Source: an uncultured virus (IMG/VR IMGVR_UViG_3300044530_000636) (Duplodnaviria; Heunggongvirae; Uroviricota; Caudoviricetes). Taken from it: a stretch of 56,121 bases of DNA. The DNA lies in IMG/VR virus record IMGVR_UViG_3300044530_000636; one strand, given 5' to 3'. A model generated the notes under the pieces. That model saw nothing but the letters and a program-made list of their open reading frames with translations, searched no databases and had not been told where the DNA came from. Below are positions 10,167 through 20,123 of this stretch, one piece after another; the stretch's first letter is position 1; every line of letters starts with the position of its first letter. The position numbers were made by a program, and so were the translations under genes.

Positions 10167-10793
10167 ATGCAATATAATATGATTTATAATAACCCGATTG
10201 ATAGAAGAAAATCTACATATCCATACGTTTTATGGAATATTCCTTTTTCCGATGAAGAATTGGAAAATATCATTTCTTTAGAAAAAAATTTTAATTTTAC
10301 AGAATCAAAAACTTTTGGGTCTGAAGAGTTAAGAGAAACACCAGATATAAGAAGATCAAAGATACATTTCATTCAAAGAAATCAAGAAACTGGTTGGATA
10401 TTCGATAGATTTAATAACGCTATAAAAGGAATAAACGACGAGTTTTATGGTTTTGATTTAAACGGTTATAATCAAATTCAATACACTGTTTATTCTGCAG
10501 AAGATCAAGGAATGTATGATTGGCACATGGACACCTTTCTAGGTAGAAATGACAATAAAACTGAAGACACTAGAAAAATGAGTTTAGTGATGTTATTGTC
10601 TGACCCAAGCAAAGATTTCGTGGGCGGAGATTTTTTGTTGAATTATTCCCGTGAAGATAATGCAGAAGTATTACCTTTGTCTAAAGGAAGAATCGTCGCT
10701 TTTCCTTCGTTTCTTTTGCATAAAGTCAAGCCAGTAATTAGAGGGGTCAGAAAATCTTTAGTGATTTGGGTAGAGGGACCAAAATTTAAATAA
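10167..10793 (+). CDS. 2OG-Fe(II) oxygenase (prolyl-4-hydroxylase/PKHD-like)
   Basis: WHMD..RKMS..FVGGDF..FPSFLLHKVKPV..GVRKSLV: complete HxD..H..R set. Confidence 0.85.
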   Translation: MQYNMIYNNPIDRRKSTYPYVLWNIPFSDEELENIISLEKNFNFTESKTFGSEELRETPDIRRSKIHFIQRNQETGWIFDRFNNAIKGINDEFYGFDLNGYNQIQYTVYSAEDQGMYDWHMDTFLGRNDNKTEDTRKMSLVMLLSDPSKDFVGGDFLLNYSREDNAEVLPLSKGRIVAFPSFLLHKVKPVIRGVRKSLVIWVEGPKFK

Positions 10794-10808
10794 TTAGAGG
10801 ATTTTATT

Positions 10809-11399
10809 ATGAGATATAATTGTATATCTAACGAACCTTATGAAAGAAGTCATGTAACTTATCCTTATGTTTGGTGGGAAAATTCTTTTAACGAAGAAGA
10901 AATAGATTCTATAGTTGGTATTTGCGATAATAAAAGGTCAAATAATTATTTCAATAAAATAAATTTCTTCCATAAAGAAGAAGACACTTTTTGGATCTTT
11001 AATCGTTTAAATAATGTAATATCATGTATCAATAATGAGTTTTATGGCTTTGAATTGAATGGTTATAAAACGTTTCAATACGGGGTTTACGATCAAGAAA
11101 ACAAAGGTAGCTGCGATTGGCATATGGATATTGTTTTAGAAGATTTTCCAAACGCTGAATCTCTAAAAAAAGAAACCAGAAAACTTACTTTGATCATGGC
11201 TTTGAATCAGCAAGATATAGATTTTGAGGGCGGAGAAATTGAGTTAATTATGGGCTCTGTAGAAAGACCAGTAAAGATTAATTTAGACAAAGGTAAAGTT
11301 ATTGCGTTTCCTTCTTGGATGAATTACAGAATAAAACCTGTTACCAAAGGGGTCAGAAAATTTATCGCTGTTTGGGTGGAGGGTCCAAAGTTTAAATAA
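10809..11399 (+). CDS. 2OG-Fe(II) oxygenase paralogue lacking the distal His
   Basis: Paralogue of the upstream gene (same W.EGPKFK end); WHMD present but FPSWMNYR replaces FPSFLLHK. Confidence 0.75.
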   Translation: MRYNCISNEPYERSHVTYPYVWWENSFNEEEIDSIVGICDNKRSNNYFNKINFFHKEEDTFWIFNRLNNVISCINNEFYGFELNGYKTFQYGVYDQENKGSCDWHMDIVLEDFPNAESLKKETRKLTLIMALNQQDIDFEGGEIELIMGSVERPVKINLDKGKVIAFPSWMNYRIKPVTKGVRKFIAVWVEGPKFK

Positions 11400-11432
11400 A
11401 TACATTAAAAGAACCATAGGGGAAAGGGAACC

Positions 11433-12398
11433 ATGGCTAATAACGATTTCGTAGTAAAAAATGGTCTTATTGTAAATACCAGCCTTCTTTCTGTTAGAAA
11501 CGGGAAGGTTGGTATTGGCACATTGACTCCAGGTCAAGTCCTGACAGTTAATGGTAATTCTGAAGTTTTCGGATGGGCCAATGTTGTTGGTAATTTCCAA
11601 GCTACAGGAAACGCTACTTTAAATGTGGCAACAGTTTCTACTGCAAATGTTACTGGTAATTTAAATGTTGTTGGCGCTACTACGTTTGCTAATTCAATAA
11701 CAGTTACTGGTCAAGCCACTTTCTCCAATCAGATGAGTTTCAGTGGTAATGGTTCGTTTAGTGGACCTTTGAACGTAAACGGGGCTGCAACTTTCGCTAA
11801 TACATTAACAGTTACTGGAGCTGTTACTTTCTCCAATCAGATGAGTTTTAGCGGTAACGGTAGTTTCAGTTCTGATATTAATGTTACTGGAAGCGCTGTT
11901 ATTGGCGGAACTCTTAACGTAACAAGTTCTACTACAAATCTTAGACTCGTTAATATGAGTAACAACGTCACTATTTCTGGCGTTACGACTATGAACACCT
12001 CAGTAACAACTGGTGTTTCTCAGATTCAGTCTCTTGGCGTTGGAACACCAGCCTCTGGAACAACTGGCGAAATTCGTGCCTATAATAACATCACTGCTTA
12101 TTATTCTTCAGATGCTTCTCTTAAAGAAAACGTGTCAAACCTTTCAAACGCACTAGAAAAAGTTCTATCTTTGGATGGTGTGGAGTTCGATTGGACAGAC
12201 GAATATATTAAAGAGCACGGCGGCGAAGATGGTTATTTCGTTCGTAAACACGACGTTGGTGTTCTTGCTCATCAGATCGAAGCGGTTCTGCCAGAAGCAG
12301 TCGCTACTAGACCAGATGGAACTAAAGCCGTTAAATATGAAAGAATCGTTCCTTTGTTAATTGAGGCTATCAAACAATTAAACGAAAGAATCAAGTAA
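11433..12398 (+). CDS. Tail fibre/spike with C-terminal intramolecular chaperone (peptidase S74-like)
   Basis: YYSSDASLKENV..GVEFDW..GVLAHQIEAVLPEAV..VKYERIVPLLIEAIKQL. Confidence 0.85.
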   Translation: MANNDFVVKNGLIVNTSLLSVRNGKVGIGTLTPGQVLTVNGNSEVFGWANVVGNFQATGNATLNVATVSTANVTGNLNVVGATTFANSITVTGQATFSNQMSFSGNGSFSGPLNVNGAATFANTLTVTGAVTFSNQMSFSGNGSFSSDINVTGSAVIGGTLNVTSSTTNLRLVNMSNNVTISGVTTMNTSVTTGVSQIQSLGVGTPASGTTGEIRAYNNITAYYSSDASLKENVSNLSNALEKVLSLDGVEFDWTDEYIKEHGGEDGYFVRKHDVGVLAHQIEAVLPEAVATRPDGTKAVKYERIVPLLIEAIKQLNERIK

Positions 12399-12399
12399 C

Positions 12400-13140
12400 A
12401 TGGCTGTACCAACATCAAGAGCAGAGTTCACCGAATATTGCCTTAGAAAACTAGGCAAGCCAGTTATTGAAATCAACGTTGACGAGGACCAGGTAGGCGA
12501 TCGTATCGACGAGGCTCTACGTTATTATTGGGATTATCACTTCGATGGTTCGGAAAAAACTTATTATAAAAAGGTAATTACCCAAACCGATATCGATAAC
12601 AAGTATATCACAATGCCAGAAAACATTATTGGTGTTGTTAATATATTCGATCTTGGTTCTGCTTTAGGGTTGAACAACCTATTCAATATTCGTTATCAGA
12701 TCGCTCTTAACGATCTTTACACCCTTACATCGGTTTCTATGGTTCCATATTATATGGCCATGAATCATGTTCAGTTCCTAGAACAGATGCTGGTTGGTAA
12801 ACAACCATTGAGATATAACCGTCATGTCAATAAACTTTATATTGATATGTCTTGGGATCAGGTCGCTGTTGACAACTATCTTATTGTTGAAGCGTATCAG
12901 GTCGTCGACCCTGCCGTTTATACTGATGCTTGGGGCGATCGTTGGCTTGCTAGATATGCTTCTTGCCTTATTAAACAGCAGTGGGGTCAGAATATGAAGA
13001 AGTTCCGTGGAATGAAACTTCCAGGCGGAATCGAGTTCAATGGACAGCAAATTTATGATGAAGCGACTGCAGAAAGACAGCAGCTTGAACAGGAAATGAT
13101 TTACACATACAGCTTGCCTGCAACTGATATGATCGGATAA
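12400..13140 (+). CDS. gp13: Neck protein
   Basis: YCLRKLGKPVIEINVDEDQ..YHFDG; KLPGGIEFNGQQIYDEA; T4 gene order. Confidence 0.92.
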   Translation: MAVPTSRAEFTEYCLRKLGKPVIEINVDEDQVGDRIDEALRYYWDYHFDGSEKTYYKKVITQTDIDNKYITMPENIIGVVNIFDLGSALGLNNLFNIRYQIALNDLYTLTSVSMVPYYMAMNHVQFLEQMLVGKQPLRYNRHVNKLYIDMSWDQVAVDNYLIVEAYQVVDPAVYTDAWGDRWLARYASCLIKQQWGQNMKKFRGMKLPGGIEFNGQQIYDEATAERQQLEQEMIYTYSLPATDMIG

Positions 13141-13142
13141 TC

Positions 13143-13865
13143 ATGGCCACTAATTTCTTCTTCAATAACTTCCAAGCATCGCAAGAACAACTACTTCTTG
13201 AAGATTTAGTTATTGAAGCAATTCGTATTTACGGTCATGATGTATATTATATTCCTCGTAAATTAAATAATTACGACGAAGTTTATGGCGCTGATGATGT
13301 TTCTAGTTACGAAGTCGCTTATCCAATAGAAATGTATATCAAATCTATTGATGGGTTTACTGGTGATGGAGAATTCCTATCAAAATTTGGCGTTGAAATA
13401 CGCAATCAAGTTGTATTCTCTATTGCTAGAAGAAGATTTAGCGAAGACGTTGGCGAATATACTACTCAAGTGAGACCAAACGAAGGTGATATTATATATT
13501 TCCCGCTAAATCAACGTTGTTTTGTTATTCGTTACGTTAACAAATATGAAATGTTTTATCAGTTGGGCGCTTTACAAACATGGGAAATGACTTGTGAAGT
13601 GTTTGATTACGCTGGAGAAAAATTCAGCACAGGCATACCAGAAATTGATATCATCCAACAGAACTATAGCACTAATGTTCTTGATTGGACAATTAATGAC
13701 GAATTCGGTGGAGAAATTAAGACTGAAGATGACGATTATCTAATTCTAGAAGGCAAATCTGCATCAGACCTTGTTATCGCTGACGACGGCGACGAGATCC
13801 AAAGAGAATCAGATCTGTTCGTTGACTTTACTTCGGCAGACCCATTTAGCGAAGGAAACATTTAA
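13143..13865 (+). CDS. gp14: Neck protein
   Basis: EQLLLEDLVIEAIRIYGHDVYYIPR, LSKFGVEI, RPNEGDIIYFP. Confidence 0.92.
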   Translation: MATNFFFNNFQASQEQLLLEDLVIEAIRIYGHDVYYIPRKLNNYDEVYGADDVSSYEVAYPIEMYIKSIDGFTGDGEFLSKFGVEIRNQVVFSIARRRFSEDVGEYTTQVRPNEGDIIYFPLNQRCFVIRYVNKYEMFYQLGALQTWEMTCEVFDYAGEKFSTGIPEIDIIQQNYSTNVLDWTINDEFGGEIKTEDDDYLILEGKSASDLVIADDGDEIQRESDLFVDFTSADPFSEGNI

Positions 13866-14731
13866 TGTTCGGCGCTCCGTTTTATTTCAGTTTAATGCGC
13901 AAATATGTTATCCTTATGGGTACTTTGCTTAATAATATTCGTATTACCAGAACGGATAGCTCTGGTAATACAACTGCACTTCTTAAAGTTCCAATTACAT
14001 ATGGACCAAAAGACAAAATGCTTGCTCGTATTATGCAGGATCCTGCCTTAGACAGAGGAACTGCAGTAGGTCCATTACCCATGATTTCTTTTGAGATGGG
14101 TGAAGTCAAATATGATGGTTCAAGAAAACTAAACACTATCGGAAAAAGCGTAGTTAATACTGCTATTGCTGGGTCTCCTAGCAAATTGAAATATCAATAC
14201 AACCCAGTTCCATATAATATTTCTTTCAAGGCATTTATCTACGTTAAGAACGTTGAGGATGGAACTAAAATCATGGAACAAATCCTTCCATATTTTACTC
14301 CAGATTGGACTACCACTTGTAATCTAATTCCGGAAATGGAAATTACAATGGATATTCCTATTATATTAACAAATATTAATTACGAAGATAAATACGATGG
14401 AGACTATAAAGATCGCAGAATGATCATATGGTCTTTGGACTTCGTATTAAAGGGGTACTTCTATGGACCTGTTAAAAAATCTGGTATTATTAAGTTCATC
14501 AATACTAACTTTTATATACCTCAAGTCGCAGATGGTAAACTCTCAGATGCAGTTGGCAACACTGAAATCGCAGAAAAGATCACGATACAACCAGGATTAT
14601 CGAACACAGGAGTGGCGATAAACTGGACTGGTGGTCCAAACACAAGCACTGGAACTATACCATATACTGAAATTGAAGCTGATGATGACTACGGTTTCAT
14701 TACTATGATTTATAACAATGATGAGATTTAA
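13865..14731 (+). CDS. gp15: Tail sheath stabilizer/terminator
   Basis: KVPITYGPKDK, PVPYNI, EQILPYFTP. Confidence 0.92.
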   Translation: MFGAPFYFSLMRKYVILMGTLLNNIRITRTDSSGNTTALLKVPITYGPKDKMLARIMQDPALDRGTAVGPLPMISFEMGEVKYDGSRKLNTIGKSVVNTAIAGSPSKLKYQYNPVPYNISFKAFIYVKNVEDGTKIMEQILPYFTPDWTTTCNLIPEMEITMDIPIILTNINYEDKYDGDYKDRRMIIWSLDFVLKGYFYGPVKKSGIIKFINTNFYIPQVADGKLSDAVGNTEIAEKITIQPGLSNTGVAINWTGGPNTSTGTIPYTEIEADDDYGFITMIYNNDEI

Positions 14732-15147
14732 TGAGCGAAGAAGATAAAGATCCAATCGGGAAGGCTCTCGGTCTTCCTGCAATGACGTTTGAAAAACAAG
14801 TTGACGATTTAATAGCAAAGGCTCACGATGATTCCGCAAGGAATGATTTCGAAGCGGCACGTGCTAATCTCTACGAAGTAATCTCAACAGGTCAAGAAGC
14901 TATGGACAAGCTAGCAGAAATAGCTGGCCAGTCTCAGCATCCACGTGCGTTCGAAGTTTTGGCTAAACTTATGGATACAATGGTAAGCACCAACAAAGAA
15001 TTGCTGGAACTTCAAACCAAAATTCGTGAGATTGATGCTAAAGATTCTCCGATCAGCGAGAAAGCCCAGACTATTCATAACAACCTATTCGTTGGCTCTA
15101 CAGCCGAATTGCAAAAAGTTCTTAAGGAAATGAAGAACAATGAATGA
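14731..15147 (+). CDS. gp16: Terminase small subunit
   Basis: HPRAFEV and NNLFVGSTAELQK motifs. Confidence 0.92.
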   Translation: MSEEDKDPIGKALGLPAMTFEKQVDDLIAKAHDDSARNDFEAARANLYEVISTGQEAMDKLAEIAGQSQHPRAFEVLAKLMDTMVSTNKELLELQTKIREIDAKDSPISEKAQTIHNNLFVGSTAELQKVLKEMKNNE

Positions 15148-16780
15148 TTTGAGTGGTGGTTATAAGGGTAATGTTCTTCTAAAGAAAACAAATCAGAATA
15201 TTGAATGGACTCCTGAATTACTCCAGGAATACGTTAAGTGTCAGAACGATCCCGTATATTTTACAGAAAACTATATGAAGATTATCTCGATCAACGAGGG
15301 TCTTACTAGCTTTCATATGTATGAATATCAGAAGGATATGGTTAAATCCTTCAAAGACAATCGTTATACGATCGTTACTACGGCTCGTCAGGCAGGTAAG
15401 TCAACTACTACCTGCGCTTTTATTCTTTGGTATATCATTTTCCATGCTGATAAAACTGTCGCTCTACTAGCCAATAAGGGCGATACGGCTCGAGAAATTC
15501 TTGGTCGTGTCCAGCTTGCCTACCAGCATCTTCCTAAATGGCTTCAGCAAGGCGTTGTTGAATGGAATAAAGGTTCATTCGTTCTTGAAAATAACAGCCG
15601 TGTTTTGGCTGCTGCGACTTCTGCTTCTGCTATTCGTGGTTACACCATCAACCTTCTATTCATCGACGAAGCGGCGTTCATTGAGAACTGGGATGAATTC
15701 TTCACCTCAGTTTACCCTACGATTTCTTCTGGTTTGGATTCTAAAATTATTCTAGTTTCCACGCCGAACGGTCTAAACCACTTCCATGCTACTTGGGCTA
15801 ACGCTCAACTTGGTAAAAATGGATATCATCCGATCTTGGTTCACTGGACTAGCGTTCCAGGTCGAGACGAAAAGTGGAAACAAGACACTCTTGCTGGTAT
15901 GAACTTCGATCTCGAGAAGTTCGATCAGGAATATAACTGTGAGTTCTTGGGTTCGTCAGGTTCGCTTATTGCTGGTTGGAAACTGAAAGAACTAGTGGCT
16001 CAAGCTCCTATTCTACAAAAAGATGGACTTACACAGTTTTTTAAGCCAGAAGAGGGTCGCATATATATGATGGTCTGCGACGTTTCTCGTGGTAAAGGTT
16101 TGGACTATTCAGCTTTTCAGTTAGTTGATGTTACTAAAATGCCTTATCAACAGGCGGCGGTTTATAGAAATAATAATATCACTCCAGTCGACTACGCCGA
16201 CGTTATCCACCGAGTAGCAAAAGCCTATAATAATGCTTCTGTTCTGGTCGAGGTAAACGATATCGGCGAGCAGGTTTCTCACTCGCTTCATTATGATTTT
16301 GGTTATGAGCATATTTTGTTTACCGAAAACGCTGGTCGATCTGGAAAAAGAATCACTGCTGGTTTCGGTGGAACGAATGTTGATAAGGGAATTAGAACTA
16401 CCAAAATCGTTAAGTCAGTCGGTTGTTCGATTTTAAAACTTCTGGTGGAACAGAATCAGCTTATCGTCAACGAAGTAAACACTATCAGCGAATTAGGAAC
16501 CTTTTCGAAAAAAGGAAATTCCTATGAAGCTGAACCAGGAAAACACGACGACTTGGTAATGTGTTTGGTTCTTTTTGCTTGGTTGTCAGACCAACAATAT
16601 TTTAAAGATTACACTAATATTAACACCCTCAATTCTTTGAGGGATAAAACAGAAGATGATATGGAGCAGGACATGGCTCCATTTGGTTTTATCGACTCCG
16701 GTAGAGACGATTTTATCGAAGAAGATTATGAGAAATATGTCCCTGATGCCTGGATGTGGAACACCCCTGACATGTTCTAA
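15140..16780 (+). CDS. gp17: Terminase large subunit
   Basis: ARQAGKSTT Walker A, FIDEAAF Walker B, DVSRGKGLDYS and HDDLVM nuclease motifs. Confidence 0.96.
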   Translation: MNDLSGGYKGNVLLKKTNQNIEWTPELLQEYVKCQNDPVYFTENYMKIISINEGLTSFHMYEYQKDMVKSFKDNRYTIVTTARQAGKSTTTCAFILWYIIFHADKTVALLANKGDTAREILGRVQLAYQHLPKWLQQGVVEWNKGSFVLENNSRVLAAATSASAIRGYTINLLFIDEAAFIENWDEFFTSVYPTISSGLDSKIILVSTPNGLNHFHATWANAQLGKNGYHPILVHWTSVPGRDEKWKQDTLAGMNFDLEKFDQEYNCEFLGSSGSLIAGWKLKELVAQAPILQKDGLTQFFKPEEGRIYMMVCDVSRGKGLDYSAFQLVDVTKMPYQQAAVYRNNNITPVDYADVIHRVAKAYNNASVLVEVNDIGEQVSHSLHYDFGYEHILFTENAGRSGKRITAGFGGTNVDKGIRTTKIVKSVGCSILKLLVEQNQLIVNEVNTISELGTFSKKGNSYEAEPGKHDDLVMCLVLFAWLSDQQYFKDYTNINTLNSLRDKTEDDMEQDMAPFGFIDSGRDDFIEEDYEKYVPDAWMWNTPDMF

Positions 16781-16792
16781 AGAGGCTTATTT

Positions 16793-16800
16793 TATAAATA
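16793..16800 (+). promoter_or_regulatory. T4-type late promoter
   Basis: TATAAATA upstream of gp18. Confidence 0.75.
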
Positions 16801-16843
16801 TAATGAAATAATAACCAAGTTCTCGCAATAGGGAGATATAGAG

Positions 16844-19420
16844 ATGGCATTTCAACTAAGCCCAGGTGTTAACGTATCAGAGATCGATCTTACAACAGTC
16901 GTTCCAGCAGTAGCCACTTCAGATGGCGCTTTTGCTGGCGTATTCCGTTGGGGTCCAATCGGCGAAAGAGTACTAGTCGATTCCGAAAATCAGCTAGTAG
17001 CAAGATTCGCAAAGCCAACCAATTTTAATGCTGAGACTTGGTTCACAGCTGCTAACTTCCTTTCATACGCCAACCGTCTATGGGTTTCACGTGCCGCTAA
17101 TACTAGTGGATCAACTCCATGGGCATTGGCTGTTGGTAATACTGCAATCAATGCTTACACTATAGCTAATTCTACTTCTCTTAATAATATTGAAGTTGGA
17201 ATGTATGTAACACAGTCTTCAAATAATACTGTTAGACCTGCTGGAGAAAACATCACAGTTCTTTCTAAGAACACTTCAGCTATCGTTCTTTCTGCAAATC
17301 CATTAGCAAACGGTATTACTTCTTTCTATTTTGGTCGTCCTGAAACTGCTTATACAGCGGTTGCATTCGATTCTAATACTGCTTCTTCTAACGGTATTGT
17401 CGCTAACCTAGTTAATCAAATCGTAAAAAACGAAGAACATTATCTAACAAAAGATGGTCTTTTTGATTACGATATTACCTATGTGGCGAAATACCCAGGA
17501 GCTCTTGGTAACTCTCTAAGAATTGGTGTTTGTGATAACGCAAGCAGCTTCCAGTCAAACATTGCTGTTACTAACTCTTCTATAACTACTATGATTGATT
17601 TTAGAGTTGGCTCTAATGCAGGTCTAGTTATGTTCACAGGAACAACTAACGCTTCGGCTAATGCTGTTTCTGCTCTAATTTCTGTTGGCGATCAGATTCT
17701 CGCTGGAAATGCTTCTATTGGTATGCAGTATCTACAGGTTACTGGTGTTACTGTTTCAAACACTTATGTCTTGAACGGCAACGTTGTAGCTAATGCTTCT
17801 GTTACTGGTACTGATACAGACATCAATAGCAATACTGGATTCATTACAGCTTCTGGACACCCATTCAGTAACGGTGAAACAGTTGTTTACGCTAACGCTG
17901 CAGGCAATTCTGAAATTACTGGTTTGACTTCAGGAACTAACTACTACATTGTTCATGCTAATAGTTCTGGATTCAAACTTTCAACTACTTCATATGGAAG
18001 CGTTGTTAGCGTAACAGCAGCTGCTTCGAATGCTTCTGGAACATTTGTATCAAACACTAATGTTCTAAAGATTAATTTCGAAGACCCATATAGACTTCGT
18101 GAGAATTATGTTTCAAACACAATTCAGCGTAATTGGGAGTTCTTCAACGTTGTTGAAACTGCTCCAGGTCAGTCAGATTGGCAGCTTTATAACGGTAACA
18201 CTTCTGCTCACGACGAACTTCACGTCGTAGTTGTTGACGAAGACGGTTTGTTCAGCGGAACTCCAGGTACAGTTCTAGAAACTTTCAAGGGTCTATCACG
18301 TGCTACAGACGCAAAGACTGCTGACGGTACATCTAATTATTATAAAGATGTAATTAATCAGGTTTCTGAATATGTTTGGTGGGCTCATGACCGTTCACAG
18401 GCCACTTCAAATACTGGTCTAAACCTAACAAATTCTTCAGCTACTGCTCCGTTGAACGCCAATTTCTCACTAGGCGCTGACGGTCTTAATGAATCTACAG
18501 CAACTCTGTCAATTGTCGGTGCTGCTTATGATTTGTTCCAATCAGCAGAAGATATCGATATCAGCCTAGTTCTTCAGGGTAAACCAATTGGTGGAACTAC
18601 TGTTGTTGGTGGTCAGACAATCCAAAATTATCAGCTAGCAAATTATCTAATCGATAACCTAGTTGAAACAAGAAAAGATTGTATTGTTCTGATTTCACCA
18701 GACAAGAATATGGTTCTTAATAACCTTGGTAACGAAGCATCAAGCCTAAAGAACTGGAGAAACGCTCTTCATAGTTCTTCATACGCTGTGATGGATTCAG
18801 GTTATAAGTATCAGTATGATAAGTATAACGATCTATATCGTTGGGTTCCGCTCAATGGTGATATCGCTGGTACATGCGTACGCACTGATAACACAAACGA
18901 CGCTTGGTGGTCGCCAGCTGGTTACAACCGTGGTCAGATCAAGAACGTAATCAAACTTGCTTGGAACCCACGCAAGGCTGAACGTGATGTAATTTATTCA
19001 AACGGTATTAACCCAGTTGTTACTTCACCTGGACAGGGAACTGTTCTATTCGGTGATAAGACTCTACAGGCTAAACCATCTGCATTCGATCGTATTAACG
19101 TTCGCAGATTGTTTATCGTTCTTGAAAAGGCTATCTCTGTATCTGCTAAGTACTCACTATTCGAGTTCAACGATGCATTCACTAGAGCACAGTTCAAGAA
19201 CCTTGTAACACCATACCTAAGAACTGTTCAGGGTCGTCGTGGTATCACTGACTTCCTAGTTGTATGTGATGACACCAACAATACTCCACAGGTTATCGAT
19301 AGTAACCAGTTTGTTGGCGACATCTATATTAAACCTGCGAGAAGCATCAACTTCATCCAGCTTAACTTCGTTGCTGTTCCTTCTGGAGTACAGTTCTCTG
19401 AAGTTGTTGGCAAGTTTTAA
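16844..19420 (+). CDS. gp18: Tail sheath protein
   Basis: MAFQLSPGV.VSEIDLT, WWSPAGYNRG, FDRINVRRLF, YIKPARSINFIQLNFVA. Confidence 0.96.
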   Translation: MAFQLSPGVNVSEIDLTTVVPAVATSDGAFAGVFRWGPIGERVLVDSENQLVARFAKPTNFNAETWFTAANFLSYANRLWVSRAANTSGSTPWALAVGNTAINAYTIANSTSLNNIEVGMYVTQSSNNTVRPAGENITVLSKNTSAIVLSANPLANGITSFYFGRPETAYTAVAFDSNTASSNGIVANLVNQIVKNEEHYLTKDGLFDYDITYVAKYPGALGNSLRIGVCDNASSFQSNIAVTNSSITTMIDFRVGSNAGLVMFTGTTNASANAVSALISVGDQILAGNASIGMQYLQVTGVTVSNTYVLNGNVVANASVTGTDTDINSNTGFITASGHPFSNGETVVYANAAGNSEITGLTSGTNYYIVHANSSGFKLSTTSYGSVVSVTAAASNASGTFVSNTNVLKINFEDPYRLRENYVSNTIQRNWEFFNVVETAPGQSDWQLYNGNTSAHDELHVVVVDEDGLFSGTPGTVLETFKGLSRATDAKTADGTSNYYKDVINQVSEYVWWAHDRSQATSNTGLNLTNSSATAPLNANFSLGADGLNESTATLSIVGAAYDLFQSAEDIDISLVLQGKPIGGTTVVGGQTIQNYQLANYLIDNLVETRKDCIVLISPDKNMVLNNLGNEASSLKNWRNALHSSSYAVMDSGYKYQYDKYNDLYRWVPLNGDIAGTCVRTDNTNDAWWSPAGYNRGQIKNVIKLAWNPRKAERDVIYSNGINPVVTSPGQGTVLFGDKTLQAKPSAFDRINVRRLFIVLEKAISVSAKYSLFEFNDAFTRAQFKNLVTPYLRTVQGRRGITDFLVVCDDTNNTPQVIDSNQFVGDIYIKPARSINFIQLNFVAVPSGVQFSEVVGKF

Positions 19421-19450
19421 TAAATAGATAAAACTCAAAGGAGTAACTAG

Positions 19451-20065
19451 ATGCCATTTAATATCGCAGCTTTCAAATCAAATGGTCTGGTATATGGTGG
19501 TGCCAGACCATCCCTCTTCAATGTTTTCCTATCAGTTCCTGTTGGGATTGGCATTGATTTGGTTTCAGTAGACAAGTTCCGCTTCGTTTGTCGTGCAGCG
19601 GAACTACCAGAATCAACAGTAAGCTCAATCGACGTTCCATATTTTGGTCGTAAGGTTAAGGTTGCTGGCGAAAGAACTTTCTCTGATTGGTCAGTAACTG
19701 TAATGAACGACGAAGATTTCGCTGTTCGTTCTATGTTCGAAGCATGGTCAAACGCTATCAATCGTATGGTTGCTAACGTTCGTGATCCAGCTGTCGCTCA
19801 GGAGCAGTATAAAGCCGATCTAGAAATTATTCAGTATAGTGTCGATGGTTCTGACATTCGTTCTTATCTTCTAGTTGGCGCTTTCCCAACTGCTATTAGC
19901 GGTATTGGTGTTGACTGGAATTCTGCAAACGCAATTGAAGAATTTACTGTCGCATTTGCTTACGATTATTGGGTTCCAGTAATTGAGGCTTCCGATAAGA
20001 AGGCTGGTGGCGTAAACCTATATGGTCCGCAGTCAGTCATCGACGGTCCAAACGGTCCATCGTAA
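19451..20065 (+). CDS. gp19: Tail tube protein
   Basis: GGARPSLF, PYFGRKVKVAGERTFSDW, IEEFTVAFAYDYW. Confidence 0.94.
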   Translation: MPFNIAAFKSNGLVYGGARPSLFNVFLSVPVGIGIDLVSVDKFRFVCRAAELPESTVSSIDVPYFGRKVKVAGERTFSDWSVTVMNDEDFAVRSMFEAWSNAINRMVANVRDPAVAQEQYKADLEIIQYSVDGSDIRSYLLVGAFPTAISGIGVDWNSANAIEEFTVAFAYDYWVPVIEASDKKAGGVNLYGPQSVIDGPNGPS

Positions 20066-20085
20066 TATTATAAGTATAAGATGAA

Positions 20086-20113
20086 GAGGGGAGTAACTCT
20101 CCCCTCGTTTTTT
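20086..20113 (+). terminator. Rho-independent terminator
   Basis: GAGGGGAG-taact-CTCCCCTC followed by GTTTTTT after gp19. Confidence 0.8.
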
Positions 20114-20123
20114 GGAGAAATAA

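Noticed and set aside
1998..12398. Diversity-generating retroelement acting on tail fibres
   Set aside because: No reverse transcriptase in the window; repeats differ at synonymous sites, not specifically at adenines
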